A stretch of DNA of 19,988 bases, taken from NCBI GenBank assembly GCA_038873795.1, contig JAVZDR010000008.1:1-19988 (forward strand). Reading direction: 5' to 3'. The DNA comes from Candidatus Micrarchaeaceae archaeon. Lineage in GTDB: Archaea > Micrarchaeota > Micrarchaeia > Micrarchaeales > CABMGC01. Below the pieces are notes generated by a model that worked only from the letters and a program-made list of their open reading frames with translations, was not told the DNA's origin and searched no databases. The position numbers and the translations under genes were made by a program. Position 1 is the first letter of the stretch; the number at the start of each line of letters is the position of its first letter. Below are positions 1 to 6,958 of the stretch, piece after piece.

Positions 1-1511
1 TTTATTGCCTTGTATGCATTTATTCTGCTTATGATTTCGAGCGTGGAATCGGTATCCTTGCATATACGGTTTATGTATGCCTGCCTAGCCTTAAATTCGC
101 GCAGCGCAGCATTTTTAGATATGCCGTTGTGCAGGGAGTAAGCATTGATTACTTTTGATTTCTGTAGGGAGCTTGGATTAATTGCGCCATTTCCAACAAC
201 TTTCAGTATCTCCACTGCATTTGAATCATCTATTACAGCAGTTGTATTTTCTGATTCAGCTCTGCTTAGCCATTTGTATTCATATATCTCTGAGAGCATT
301 CTTCTTGTGATGCCGATATGTGCTATGAATATCGAGATATCGAGGGCGCTAACTGCATTTGGGTCCACTGCCATTGGCTTAACTAGAAGCTTCTTCAGCA
401 GCGAAAGGCCATCTTCGTTGCTGTGCATTGTTGTCATAAATGGTATGCCAAGATTCGCGCCGGCAAAAAGCTCCTTCGTCTCTTCGGCGCGTATCTCACC
501 GACCACTAGCCTGTCTGGGCGCATTCTCAGTGCATTTATCACCTGCTCTTTTGTCGCCACCGCACCATTGTACTTTGAGCCGTATAAAGAGACTACATTT
601 ATCGCATTTTGGTAGAATTTTATCTCGTTTATGTCCTCTTCTATTGTAATTATTTTATTGTACTTTGGGACGAAAGATAAAATAGCATTCAAAAGGGTTG
701 TTTTGCCGCTCGCTGGCGCGCCTGCTATTACTATATTCAGGTTTGATTCTATTGCGAGCCAGAGGTATGCCAATACCTCCTCATTCACTGTACCATTTTT
801 TAAGAGAGTAGAGATGTTTAGGTCTTTCTTGCCGCCAACACGGATAGTCGCTGCAGCGCCGCTGTTCACATAAGGCTTGATTTGGGCATGTAATCTCGCA
901 TCATTAACTTGGGTGTCTATTATCGGGTTTTCGTCGTTTAGCTCCTTCTCTGTGGATATTATGAATCTATTTATCGTGTTCACAAACGAGTATTCATCAG
1001 CAAAGCGCATATTAGTCTGGCATCTGCCATACCTGGCATGGTAGATGCTTATGGGCATTATTGGCGAATTTACCTCTATCTCCTCTATGTTTTGCTTGTC
1101 CTCAAGCAGAATGCTTATCGGGCCGCTTCCAATTGTGTCGTGGGCTATAAGCTGCGCTATGTAGAATGCCCTCTCTTGAGGCATATATTTTAGCAATTCT
1201 GACTTTGCGATTTCCTCTATTTCGACAAAGCTGGAGCTTTTTTCACTGTTTGAAGACGCGCGCTCAATCACAGAGGCTTTTACAGTGCCTGCTATTGATT
1301 CCTCACGCTGAGAAAGGGTTGCACTTCCTGGATTAAGCAGATAATAATACGCATTGCCTATTTTTACTATGGATCTTGGTATCTTGAGGCCTATCTCCTC
1401 CACCTTTTCGCTTGAAGGTAGTTCTGATATTACGAAGCTTAGCCTACTCGTTGGCTGGATGATTGGCTTTCTGGGCCTTTTGCTGAATACCCGCATTATG
1501 CTTTGTATCAT
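1..1511 (-). CDS. Type II/IV secretion / type IV pilus assembly ATPase (VirB11/FlaI/TadA family), 3'-partial
   Basis: Manual translation from ATG at 1511 (MIQSIMRVFSK...) stays open to the window edge (503 codons). It has Walker A GAPASGKTT, Asp box TIEEDINE, ALRMRPDRLVVGEIR (Walker B) and His box TTMHS. Absent from the ORF track because the stop lies outside the window. Confidence 0.92.
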   Translation of the reverse strand, partial: MIQSIMRVFSKRPRKPIIQPTSRLSFVISELPSSEKVEEIGLKIPRSIVKIGNAYYYLLNPGSATLSQREESIAGTVKASVIERASSNSEKSSSFVEIEEIAKSELLKYMPQERAFYIAQLIAHDTIGSGPISILLEDKQNIEEIEVNSPIMPISIYHARYGRCQTNMRFADEYSFVNTINRFIISTEKELNDENPIIDTQVNDARLHAQIKPYVNSGAAATIRVGGKKDLNISTLLKNGTVNEEVLAYLWLAIESNLNIVIAGAPASGKTTLLNAILSFVPKYNKIITIEEDINEIKFYQNAINVVSLYGSKYNGAVATKEQVINALRMRPDRLVVGEIRAEETKELFAGANLGIPFMTTMHSNEDGLSLLKKLLVKPMAVDPNAVSALDISIFIAHIGITRRMLSEIYEYKWLSRAESENTTAVIDDSNAVEILKVVGNGAINPSSLQKSKVINAYSLHNGISKNAALREFKARQAYINRICKDTDSTLEIISRINAYKAI

Positions 1512-1627
1512 TATATCCCATCATATACTTAACTAAATATATTTATATTATAGTATAATTAAATTTATATACTTTTCTGGGGTAAGATTTGGCCCTGGGC
1601 AATTTGCTGAATGCGATAACATCAACA

Positions 1628-1635
1628 TTTAAATA
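1628..1635 (+). promoter_or_regulatory. Putative archaeal TATA box (TTTAAATA)
   Basis: Matches the archaeal TATA consensus. It predicts a transcription start near 1656-1659, at the base of a long hairpin upstream of the wHTH gene. Confidence 0.5.
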
Positions 1636-1658
1636 TTTTGGTTTGTAATAATAACAGA

Positions 1659-1725
1659 GGAGTTGTCCGCTGCAGGTACATCTGATAAATTGTTTTGAAG
1701 GATCCATGCCTGTGCCAGCTCCAAA
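1659..1725 (+). ncRNA. Structured hairpin with K-loop-like apex (5' leader or H/ACA-like sRNA candidate)
   Basis: GGAGUUG(1659-65)/CAGCUCC(1716-22) and GCAGGUA(1672-78)/UGCCUGU(1707-13) pair with several G-U wobbles. The apex is UCUGA...UGAAGG, and AAA follows the stem. Confidence 0.4.
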
Positions 1726-1737
1726 GGCGCCGATAAA

Positions 1738-2061
1738 ATGCCTTTTAACAAAGATGATGATGAGATATGGCTGCTCAGGAAGATCGTAAGCAGGCCTAAT
1801 TATGCATTGCTTAGGCTGCTTATGGAAAAATCTCCAAGAAGCACAAAGGAGATATATGTAATACTTGGAAAGAAGTTCACAAGGAAAACCCTGATAATAT
1901 CGCTCAGGGAACTTTCAATGAACTTTAACGTCATAAAACCAGCACACATAAGAACCGAAAGGGGCTATGGTCTTGGCTACAGCATAGATCCCGCACTTAA
2001 GGGCATCATAAAGAATCTGGAGAAATTCGAAAAGAGCATAGAGGGAATGGCAAAATTATAG
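1738..2061 (+). CDS. Winged helix-turn-helix DNA-binding protein (ArsR/HxlR-like)
   Basis: 107 aa, basic. Pattern LLRLLMEKSPRSTKEIYVIL...TRKTLIISLRELS followed by a wing (GYGLGYSI) and a C-terminal helix. Confidence 0.65.
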   Translation: MPFNKDDDEIWLLRKIVSRPNYALLRLLMEKSPRSTKEIYVILGKKFTRKTLIISLRELSMNFNVIKPAHIRTERGYGLGYSIDPALKGIIKNLEKFEKSIEGMAKL

Positions 2062-2137
2062 CAAACTATGCCTTTGGTCCCAGGCTTGCTTGTTCTCCTG
2101 TTTCTGAGATTATAGCTGATGTTTGGCGCTGCTGCGG

Positions 2138-3037
2138 CTATTTCTCTGACAAATACAACAGTATGGCTTTTTCGAGAAGAAGCTTATTCTTAGACTGCTG
2201 CCAGACTATGCTCTTTGGTCCATCAAGAACATCATCGGTTATTTCCTCGCCCCTATGCGCCGGAAGGCAGTGCATAACTCTCGCGCTTTCCTTGGCTTTT
2301 GAAAGCATCGCCGAATTAAGCTGGTACGGTGCAAATAGTTTGCGCCTCTTCTCAGCTTCGCTTTCCTGGCCCATACTTACAAAAGTATCTGTATATATAA
2401 TGTCAGCACCAGAAAGGCCCTCGCTTGGATCGTTGTACACGGAAACCAACCCATATTCCCTTGCTTTGTTGAGATATATTGAATTTGGCTGGTAGCCTTT
2501 TGGTCCGACTAGGGCCACCTTCATGCCCATCTTTGTAGCGCCGAGCATGAGAGAATTAGCGACATTATCAGCTATATCACCGAGAAATGCCAATGTCAAA
2601 CCCTTCAGCTTGCCTTTTTCCTCACGTATGGTGTAGAGGTCGCTTACTGCCTGGCAAGGATGCTCCAAATCAGTCAGTGCATTTATAACTGGCACTGATG
2701 AATTATTCGCAAGCTCCAGCAAATCGCTGTGTTTGTAAAGCCTTGCAGCTATGAAATCCACATAGCCGCTCAACACCCTTGCTGTGTCTGCAATGGTTTC
2801 TCCGCGCGACATTTGCGAGGTCTTTGCATCTATGTAGATGGCATGGCCGCCGAGCTGCGCCATTGCAACTTCAAAAGAGACCCTTGTCCTTGTAGAGGGC
2901 TTTTCGAATATCAGCGCCATTGTTGCATTTGCCTTGAGAGATGCCTCCTCCTCGCCCTTTTTAAGTCTGTCTGCTATATTAAAAAGTTCTTCTATCTTTT
3001 CCCTAGAGAGATCATCAATGCTCAAAAAGTTCTGCAC
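2138..3037 (-). CDS. argF: Ornithine carbamoyltransferase
   Basis: Motifs FEKPSTRTRVSFE, HPCQ, FVSMG and MHCLP. Start adjusted to GTG 3037 (or 3040) behind a GGTGA Shine-Dalgarno that overlaps the upstream stop. Confidence 0.95.
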   Translation of the reverse strand: MQNFLSIDDLSREKIEELFNIADRLKKGEEEASLKANATMALIFEKPSTRTRVSFEVAMAQLGGHAIYIDAKTSQMSRGETIADTARVLSGYVDFIAARLYKHSDLLELANNSSVPVINALTDLEHPCQAVSDLYTIREEKGKLKGLTLAFLGDIADNVANSLMLGATKMGMKVALVGPKGYQPNSIYLNKAREYGLVSVYNDPSEGLSGADIIYTDTFVSMGQESEAEKRRKLFAPYQLNSAMLSKAKESARVMHCLPAHRGEEITDDVLDGPKSIVWQQSKNKLLLEKAILLYLSEK

Positions 3038-3041
3038 CACA

Positions 3042-3416
3042 TCACCCAAATATCGACCCAAAGCCAAATTCGGCTCTTGATCTTTCCTCTTCTATGGTCT
3101 CTATGACCTTGCGCTCCTCATCCTGGCTTAGCCTTGCTATGCTGCCTATGCTGGACTTAAGTTTTTTCTCCGCACTTTCCATGAATTCCTGCGAAGCACT
3201 CAAGTAGAGGTAGTACTTGTTCCTGTCAAGATTCAGAGAGATGCCATCCTTGAGCACGTAGTCCTGCCTTACGAAGATGACATTGGCGTCCTTATCCTCC
3301 TTGAGCTTCTTTAGGTCCTCTTCCGTAAGGTTCTTGTCGAGATATGGGTCATATTCGAGCAGCTTCTTTAAGGCTGGCATATCAGCGGCATCACATGAAT
3401 AAACTCTTACTACCAT
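3042..3416 (-). CDS. Hypothetical protein with acidic plus GFGSIFG C-terminal tail
   Basis: ATG 3416 preceded by GAGG; 124 aa. Tightly coupled between rps8e and argF; ends EEERSRAEFGFGSIFG. Confidence 0.8.
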   Translation of the reverse strand: MVVRVYSCDAADMPALKKLLEYDPYLDKNLTEEDLKKLKEDKDANVIFVRQDYVLKDGISLNLDRNKYYLYLSASQEFMESAEKKLKSSIGSIARLSQDEERKVIETIEEERSRAEFGFGSIFG

Positions 3417-3448
3417 AAGCCTCACAGCCTGAGTTGAACCGTGGGCAA

Positions 3449-3847
3449 TCACTGCTCGATGAGCTTTGCGTTGACGCACCCATCCCTGCCTAACCGGTTA
3501 AGGACAATTGCTTTCCCGAGGTCTGTCTCTATCACCGAGCCCTTGGTTATTATATTAAGCCTGGCAAAGTTTCTATTGTCCTTAGACTCTATTACGCCTT
3601 TTATCTTTGCCTTTTTGAATCCATCTTTTGTCAGCACATTGGCAAATGCGGCTCTCTTAAGCTTTTGTTTCTTCCTGCCACCTCTGATCCTTACGCTCTT
3701 TATCATATTTGCCTCGCCTATCTTTGTGGCTATGAAGTATCCACCTACCTCATGCCTCCTTTTGTCCCTCCGTTTGCCTATGATCTTGCCATTGCCTTCA
3801 GCCTTTCTTGCTGATTTTGTATGAAGCTGTACGCCAAATTGAGCCAT
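3449..3847 (-). CDS. rps8e: 30S ribosomal protein S8e (eS8)
   Basis: RIRGG, NRNFARLNIITKGSVIETDLGKAIV and RLGRDGCVNAKL motifs. Start ATG 3847 after GTGGTG. Confidence 0.96.
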   Translation of the reverse strand: MAQFGVQLHTKSARKAEGNGKIIGKRRDKRRHEVGGYFIATKIGEANMIKSVRIRGGRKKQKLKRAAFANVLTKDGFKKAKIKGVIESKDNRNFARLNIITKGSVIETDLGKAIVLNRLGRDGCVNAKLIEQ

Positions 3848-3878
3848 TGCACCACTTGTTATATTTATCAACTGCAAG

Positions 3879-3886
3879 ATTTATAA
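3879..3886 (-). promoter_or_regulatory. Putative TATA box (TTATAAAT) for rps8e
   Basis: Consensus-like TATA about 32-39 nt upstream of the rps8e ATG. Confidence 0.5.
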
Positions 3887-3892
3887 TATGTT

Positions 3893-4166
3893 AGACACAG
3901 GATGCGCGATACATGCTGGTAAAATACCCGCCCATAAATGGCGCGGGCTTTCATCGAGACGATCAACATGGAACACAGTTCCACAAAGTCTGAACATCTT
4001 TCATCAGAAAGCTTTGAGGGTCGGTTTACAGCGACCCCGCTATTAGAAAATCTGGAAGAAAAGAATCTTCCACTCCAACAACGATTTTGCATGACCTATT
4101 GCACTTCAGGATTTTACGCTGGCCAGGCAAACCCACATCCTAGTCCATATCCAAACAGGATATTTC
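3893..4166 (-). ncRNA. Unassigned ~270-nt multibranch structured RNA candidate
   Basis: A long closing stem (4146-4131 with 3910-3893, plus GUAAAAU 4117-4111/AUUUUAC 3925-3919) encloses about seven near-contiguous hairpins. G-U wobbles are consistent only with the minus strand. TATA-like TTATATAT at 4196-4189. No credible protein ORF. Confidence 0.65.
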
Positions 4167-4188
4167 ACAAAGTTATTTAGAAGATAAA

Positions 4189-4196
4189 ATATATAA
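4189..4196. promoter_or_regulatory. Putative (possibly bidirectional) TATA box
   Basis: Reads TTATATAT on minus and ATATATAA on plus, between the structured RNA and the divergent cgi121-like gene. Confidence 0.45.
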
Positions 4197-4204
4197 TACT
4201 CATG

Positions 4205-4249
4205 CTCGACAATTCCTTCCACCGCTGAAGCGCTGGCTTTCTTGTCGAG
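4205..4249. repeat. Inverted repeat / hairpin
   Basis: CTCGACAA(4205-12)/TTGTCGAG(4242-49) perfect 8-bp arms, with an internal loop and upper stem CCA-C-CGC-TGAA-GCG-C-TGG. Confidence 0.6.
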
Positions 4250-4264
4250 AATAGAGGATTGGCA

Positions 4265-4726
4265 ATGGCTAGCAACAATATAAAAAAATTTGTGTTTTAT
4301 GGTCATAGTGCACCTTTGGCTTGCCTATGCCGTTCCAAAAAAAGCATCAGCGAAATACTCGCATGGATCGAGAGTAATTCGAAGGGCAGGAGGTTTGTGC
4401 AGATCTTCAGCGGCAGGAAGGCTGTGGTTGATTCGCTGCTCCCAGCTTATCTTAATGCAATGGAAAGGGAGAGATGGGGCATGCTTAGGTCTAAAGATCC
4501 TATGCATGAGATGCTCGCCCTTGTCGCGAAGACATTCGATATACGCAAGGCGATATCTAGATTCGGGGCAGATACAAACACAAGATTTATTGTTTTTGCC
4601 ACGGACAGTTCTATTTTCAGCAGATTTTCTAGGGCTAATGGAATAAAGATAATCACAAGGTATAAACTCAGACTTTCGGTTGGCGCAGCTTCTGAGATCA
4701 ACTCGTTCTTGCTAATGCAAAAGTAG
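4265..4726 (+). CDS. cgi121: KEOPS complex subunit Cgi121-like protein (divergent)
   Basis: Pattern FVQIF...AYLNA...GMLRSKDPMHEMLALVAKTFDIRKAISRFG resembles the Cgi121 core (A..NA...G...SKSL..E.L...A.T.QI..AI..FG). ATG 4265 after GAGG. Confidence 0.6.
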   Translation: MASNNIKKFVFYGHSAPLACLCRSKKSISEILAWIESNSKGRRFVQIFSGRKAVVDSLLPAYLNAMERERWGMLRSKDPMHEMLALVAKTFDIRKAISRFGADTNTRFIVFATDSSIFSRFSRANGIKIITRYKLRLSVGAASEINSFLLMQK

Positions 4727-5632
4727 GTACGCTGATGCAAAAGCCACCGCAAATCCAATGAACGCGACAAGGAGCCAAGTAGAGACTATAGCAACAAGGG
4801 GTCTTTTAAGCAGCAGCCTGCTTTTGTAACCTATGCCGGCCCCATATATGCTTGATGTGTATGTCTGAGTGTTTGATATTGGTATACCAAGGAGCGTGCC
4901 TATCTCCACAGCTATCATTGATGAAACCTGCGTGTTTATTGTGTCTATGTACCTAAGGGGCATTATCTCGTTCCCCATGCGCCTCAGCTCGCCCCCGCTT
5001 AGGAAGGCAGAGCCAAGTATTATTGCAACTACCACCACTGCGAAATAATAGCCTGAGCTTGGCACAGACGCATATAGAAAGCCAAATGTGTTAGCCCCGA
5101 GGGTAAATGCGGTGAGGAAGGCCGTGGCTATCGCTGCAAGCCTAATAACCCTGAGCTTGGCCCATATTCCCTTTGCTGGTATCTTTTTCGACGCCCTTGT
5201 GGCAAAGAAAGACACCCCCATAGATAGGAATGAGCCTATGACCCAGAATGCCAGCATTAGGGCTATGAAGCGCATATCAACATTCCGGCCCGAAGCTAGG
5301 CTTACCCCAACAAGTATGCTTGCGAAGCTTATTGAAAGAGATTGGGGCACCCTGAACCTGTGCGCTATTATGAAGATTATGTTGGCTACGGCAAATGCCA
5401 ATAGTACGAGCGCTGGGCTTCTGTACGGCATTAGCGCAATTATGCTCCTGCCGAGCAGGCCGCCTTGGAAGTAGAGGCCTGCTATGTATCCTAGGACTGC
5501 TATTGCTATCCCTGTAGATTTTTTCACAAGCCTGCCTGATATTATGCTGCCAGAACATGCTACAAGGTTGTTGCCAGAAACGAGGGCAACAAGCAGAAAC
5601 AGAAGCACAGAGACCGCTACATCAATCAGCAA
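4712..5632 (-). CDS. Inorganic phosphate transporter, PiT family
   Basis: Hydrophobic 306 aa with PiT-like signatures SGNN, PQSLS, GANT and GIPISNTQ. Paired with a DUF47 gene; TTG start. Confidence 0.88.
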   Translation of the reverse strand: MLIDVAVSVLLFLLVALVSGNNLVACSGSIISGRLVKKSTGIAIAVLGYIAGLYFQGGLLGRSIIALMPYRSPALVLLAFAVANIIFIIAHRFRVPQSLSISFASILVGVSLASGRNVDMRFIALMLAFWVIGSFLSMGVSFFATRASKKIPAKGIWAKLRVIRLAAIATAFLTAFTLGANTFGFLYASVPSSGYYFAVVVVAIILGSAFLSGGELRRMGNEIMPLRYIDTINTQVSSMIAVEIGTLLGIPISNTQTYTSSIYGAGIGYKSRLLLKRPLVAIVSTWLLVAFIGFAVAFASAYLLLH

Positions 5633-5633
5633 A

Positions 5634-6266
5634 TCATCTCATTATGGAAGACATTATTGTCATGAATGCGTCAGCAGCGTCCTCACAATTGTCCAGTATG
5701 TCATCAGCCTTGTGGGCCAGCTCTATCATGTGGTAGAACTCTTTGAAGTCCATAGTTCGCTTGTATGCGTAGTCAAACATCTTGTCTTTTATTTCATCTC
5801 CAGCCTCCTCTATTGCTTCTATCTTCATCCTTTGGCTGCTTATAGCATCTATGTCATCTTCTGATTCCATCTTCTTGAGATATCCAAGCGCCTCATCTGC
5901 AAGACCATTTATGAGTAAGAGGTTCTTCTTGCAATATGCGGAGATATTGTTTTTAGGCCTGTATCTCATTATCTCCCTTGAAAGATTGTATATGGAATCA
6001 ACTATGCTGTCCTCTTTGTCAAGCATCTCTATCATGTTGTCTATCAAGTTTGGTGCTATTGCCCCAGAAGAAATTGCATTTGCTATCTTAAATTCCTCCC
6101 TGTCAGATTTTTTTTCGAGATCGCGAATTTCATTGCCGTTCTTGTAGGAATTTATAGTGCCTATAAGAAGGCGGTTGGCCTTGATTGCTATCTCTATTAT
6201 CTTTATGTTCTCTTTTAGTATCTTTTCGTCTCTGCCCATAAGCACTTTATCGAGTATACCCATCAT
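5634..6266 (-). CDS. DUF47 / PhoU-like phosphate transport regulator
   Basis: Helical protein with IRDLEKKSD, IEAIEEAGDEIK and DDILDNCEDAAD motifs, directly upstream of PiT. Confidence 0.9.
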   Translation of the reverse strand: MMGILDKVLMGRDEKILKENIKIIEIAIKANRLLIGTINSYKNGNEIRDLEKKSDREEFKIANAISSGAIAPNLIDNMIEMLDKEDSIVDSIYNLSREIMRYRPKNNISAYCKKNLLLINGLADEALGYLKKMESEDDIDAISSQRMKIEAIEEAGDEIKDKMFDYAYKRTMDFKEFYHMIELAHKADDILDNCEDAADAFMTIMSSIMR

Positions 6267-6913
6267 ACCACTTCAGCATCATATTCTGTATTTAAGATAC
6301 TGTGTATTGTTTCCGCTTTTTTGGGACCTATCTTGTCTACGCTCTCCAATTCCTCTATGCTGGCGTTTGCAACGTTGCGTATGCTCTTGAACTTCTTGAG
6401 AAGTTCCTTTGCCAGCTTTGGGCCTACGCCCTGCACAGACTCAAGTATGAGCAGCTGCCACTGCAATGTAGTGTATGCCTTCTTTGTTCCAACAAGCCTT
6501 GGCTCCCTGCTGCGGCTGTTTTGCTCGCGCCTGGCTATAGCCTCTATTATTTCTGCTGTTTCAGCAGGGCCCTCGGATACTATGACTTGCACACCATAGT
6601 CTAGATATGCTTTGAGTATTGCTCCGAGAATAACGTTCTTGGAGAGGCGGAAACCGCCGCTGAGCTCTATGAGTAGTATGGGCTTTGAGAAGCTCTTCTT
6701 CATTCTCTCCAGTTGGTCAAAAATTCTCGCATTCATTATGGAGCTTTCGAAGTCAGAGGCAGACTTGCGCTCTATGCACGTCCTATCCGATACAATGTAG
6801 TCGCCCACAGGCAGCTGCGCAACCTCTATTGCAACATTCCTGTTTGATAAAGCGTCAAGCATCTCGAAATTCCTTTCCCTATTGTCTATTATTATTTTTA
6901 CTCGGTTCTGCAT
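6263..6913 (-). CDS. xpf: XPF/ERCC4 structure-specific endonuclease, short form (nuclease + HhH2)
   Basis: IIIDNRE and GDYIVSDRTCIERKS nuclease motifs; tandem HhH GVGPKLA and KIGPKKA. Confidence 0.92.
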   Translation of the reverse strand: MQNRVKIIIDNRERNFEMLDALSNRNVAIEVAQLPVGDYIVSDRTCIERKSASDFESSIMNARIFDQLERMKKSFSKPILLIELSGGFRLSKNVILGAILKAYLDYGVQVIVSEGPAETAEIIEAIARREQNSRSREPRLVGTKKAYTTLQWQLLILESVQGVGPKLAKELLKKFKSIRNVANASIEELESVDKIGPKKAETIHSILNTEYDAEVV

Positions 6914-6958
6914 AGTTTTTATTAGTGAGTAAATAAATAAAATACATAGGGTGTAGGC

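Noticed and set aside
145..1536. Plus-strand ORFs 145-615, 440-649, 631-873 and 1354-1536
   Set aside because: Antisense shadows of the minus-strand secretion ATPase.
1535..1570. AT-rich palindromes (AAATATATTT, ATTATAGTATAAT) as an operator for the wHTH protein
   Set aside because: Expected by chance in an almost purely A/T promoter region; no second copy seen.
1659..1722. Hairpin as a SECIS element or known riboswitch
   Set aside because: No in-frame UGA selenoprotein nearby and no recognisable riboswitch consensus.
3984..4010. CUGAUGA as a hammerhead ribozyme core or C/D box
   Set aside because: No GAAA directly after a stem II, no matching stems I/III, and no downstream CUGA D box at guide spacing.
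3926..4103. Serial hairpins as a CRISPR array
   Set aside because: The hairpin sequences differ from one another, there is no direct repeat-spacer periodicity, and no cas genes are present.
3893..4166. Structured region as RNase P RNA
   Set aside because: GAUGAAAGCCCG loosely resembles CR-I but lies near the 3' end, and no CR-V (ACAnAAnnnGGCUUA) partner for P4 was found.
3868..4306. ORFs 3868-4092, 3938-4180 and 4106-4306
   Set aside because: No recognisable motifs and atypical composition; the region is better explained by RNA structure.
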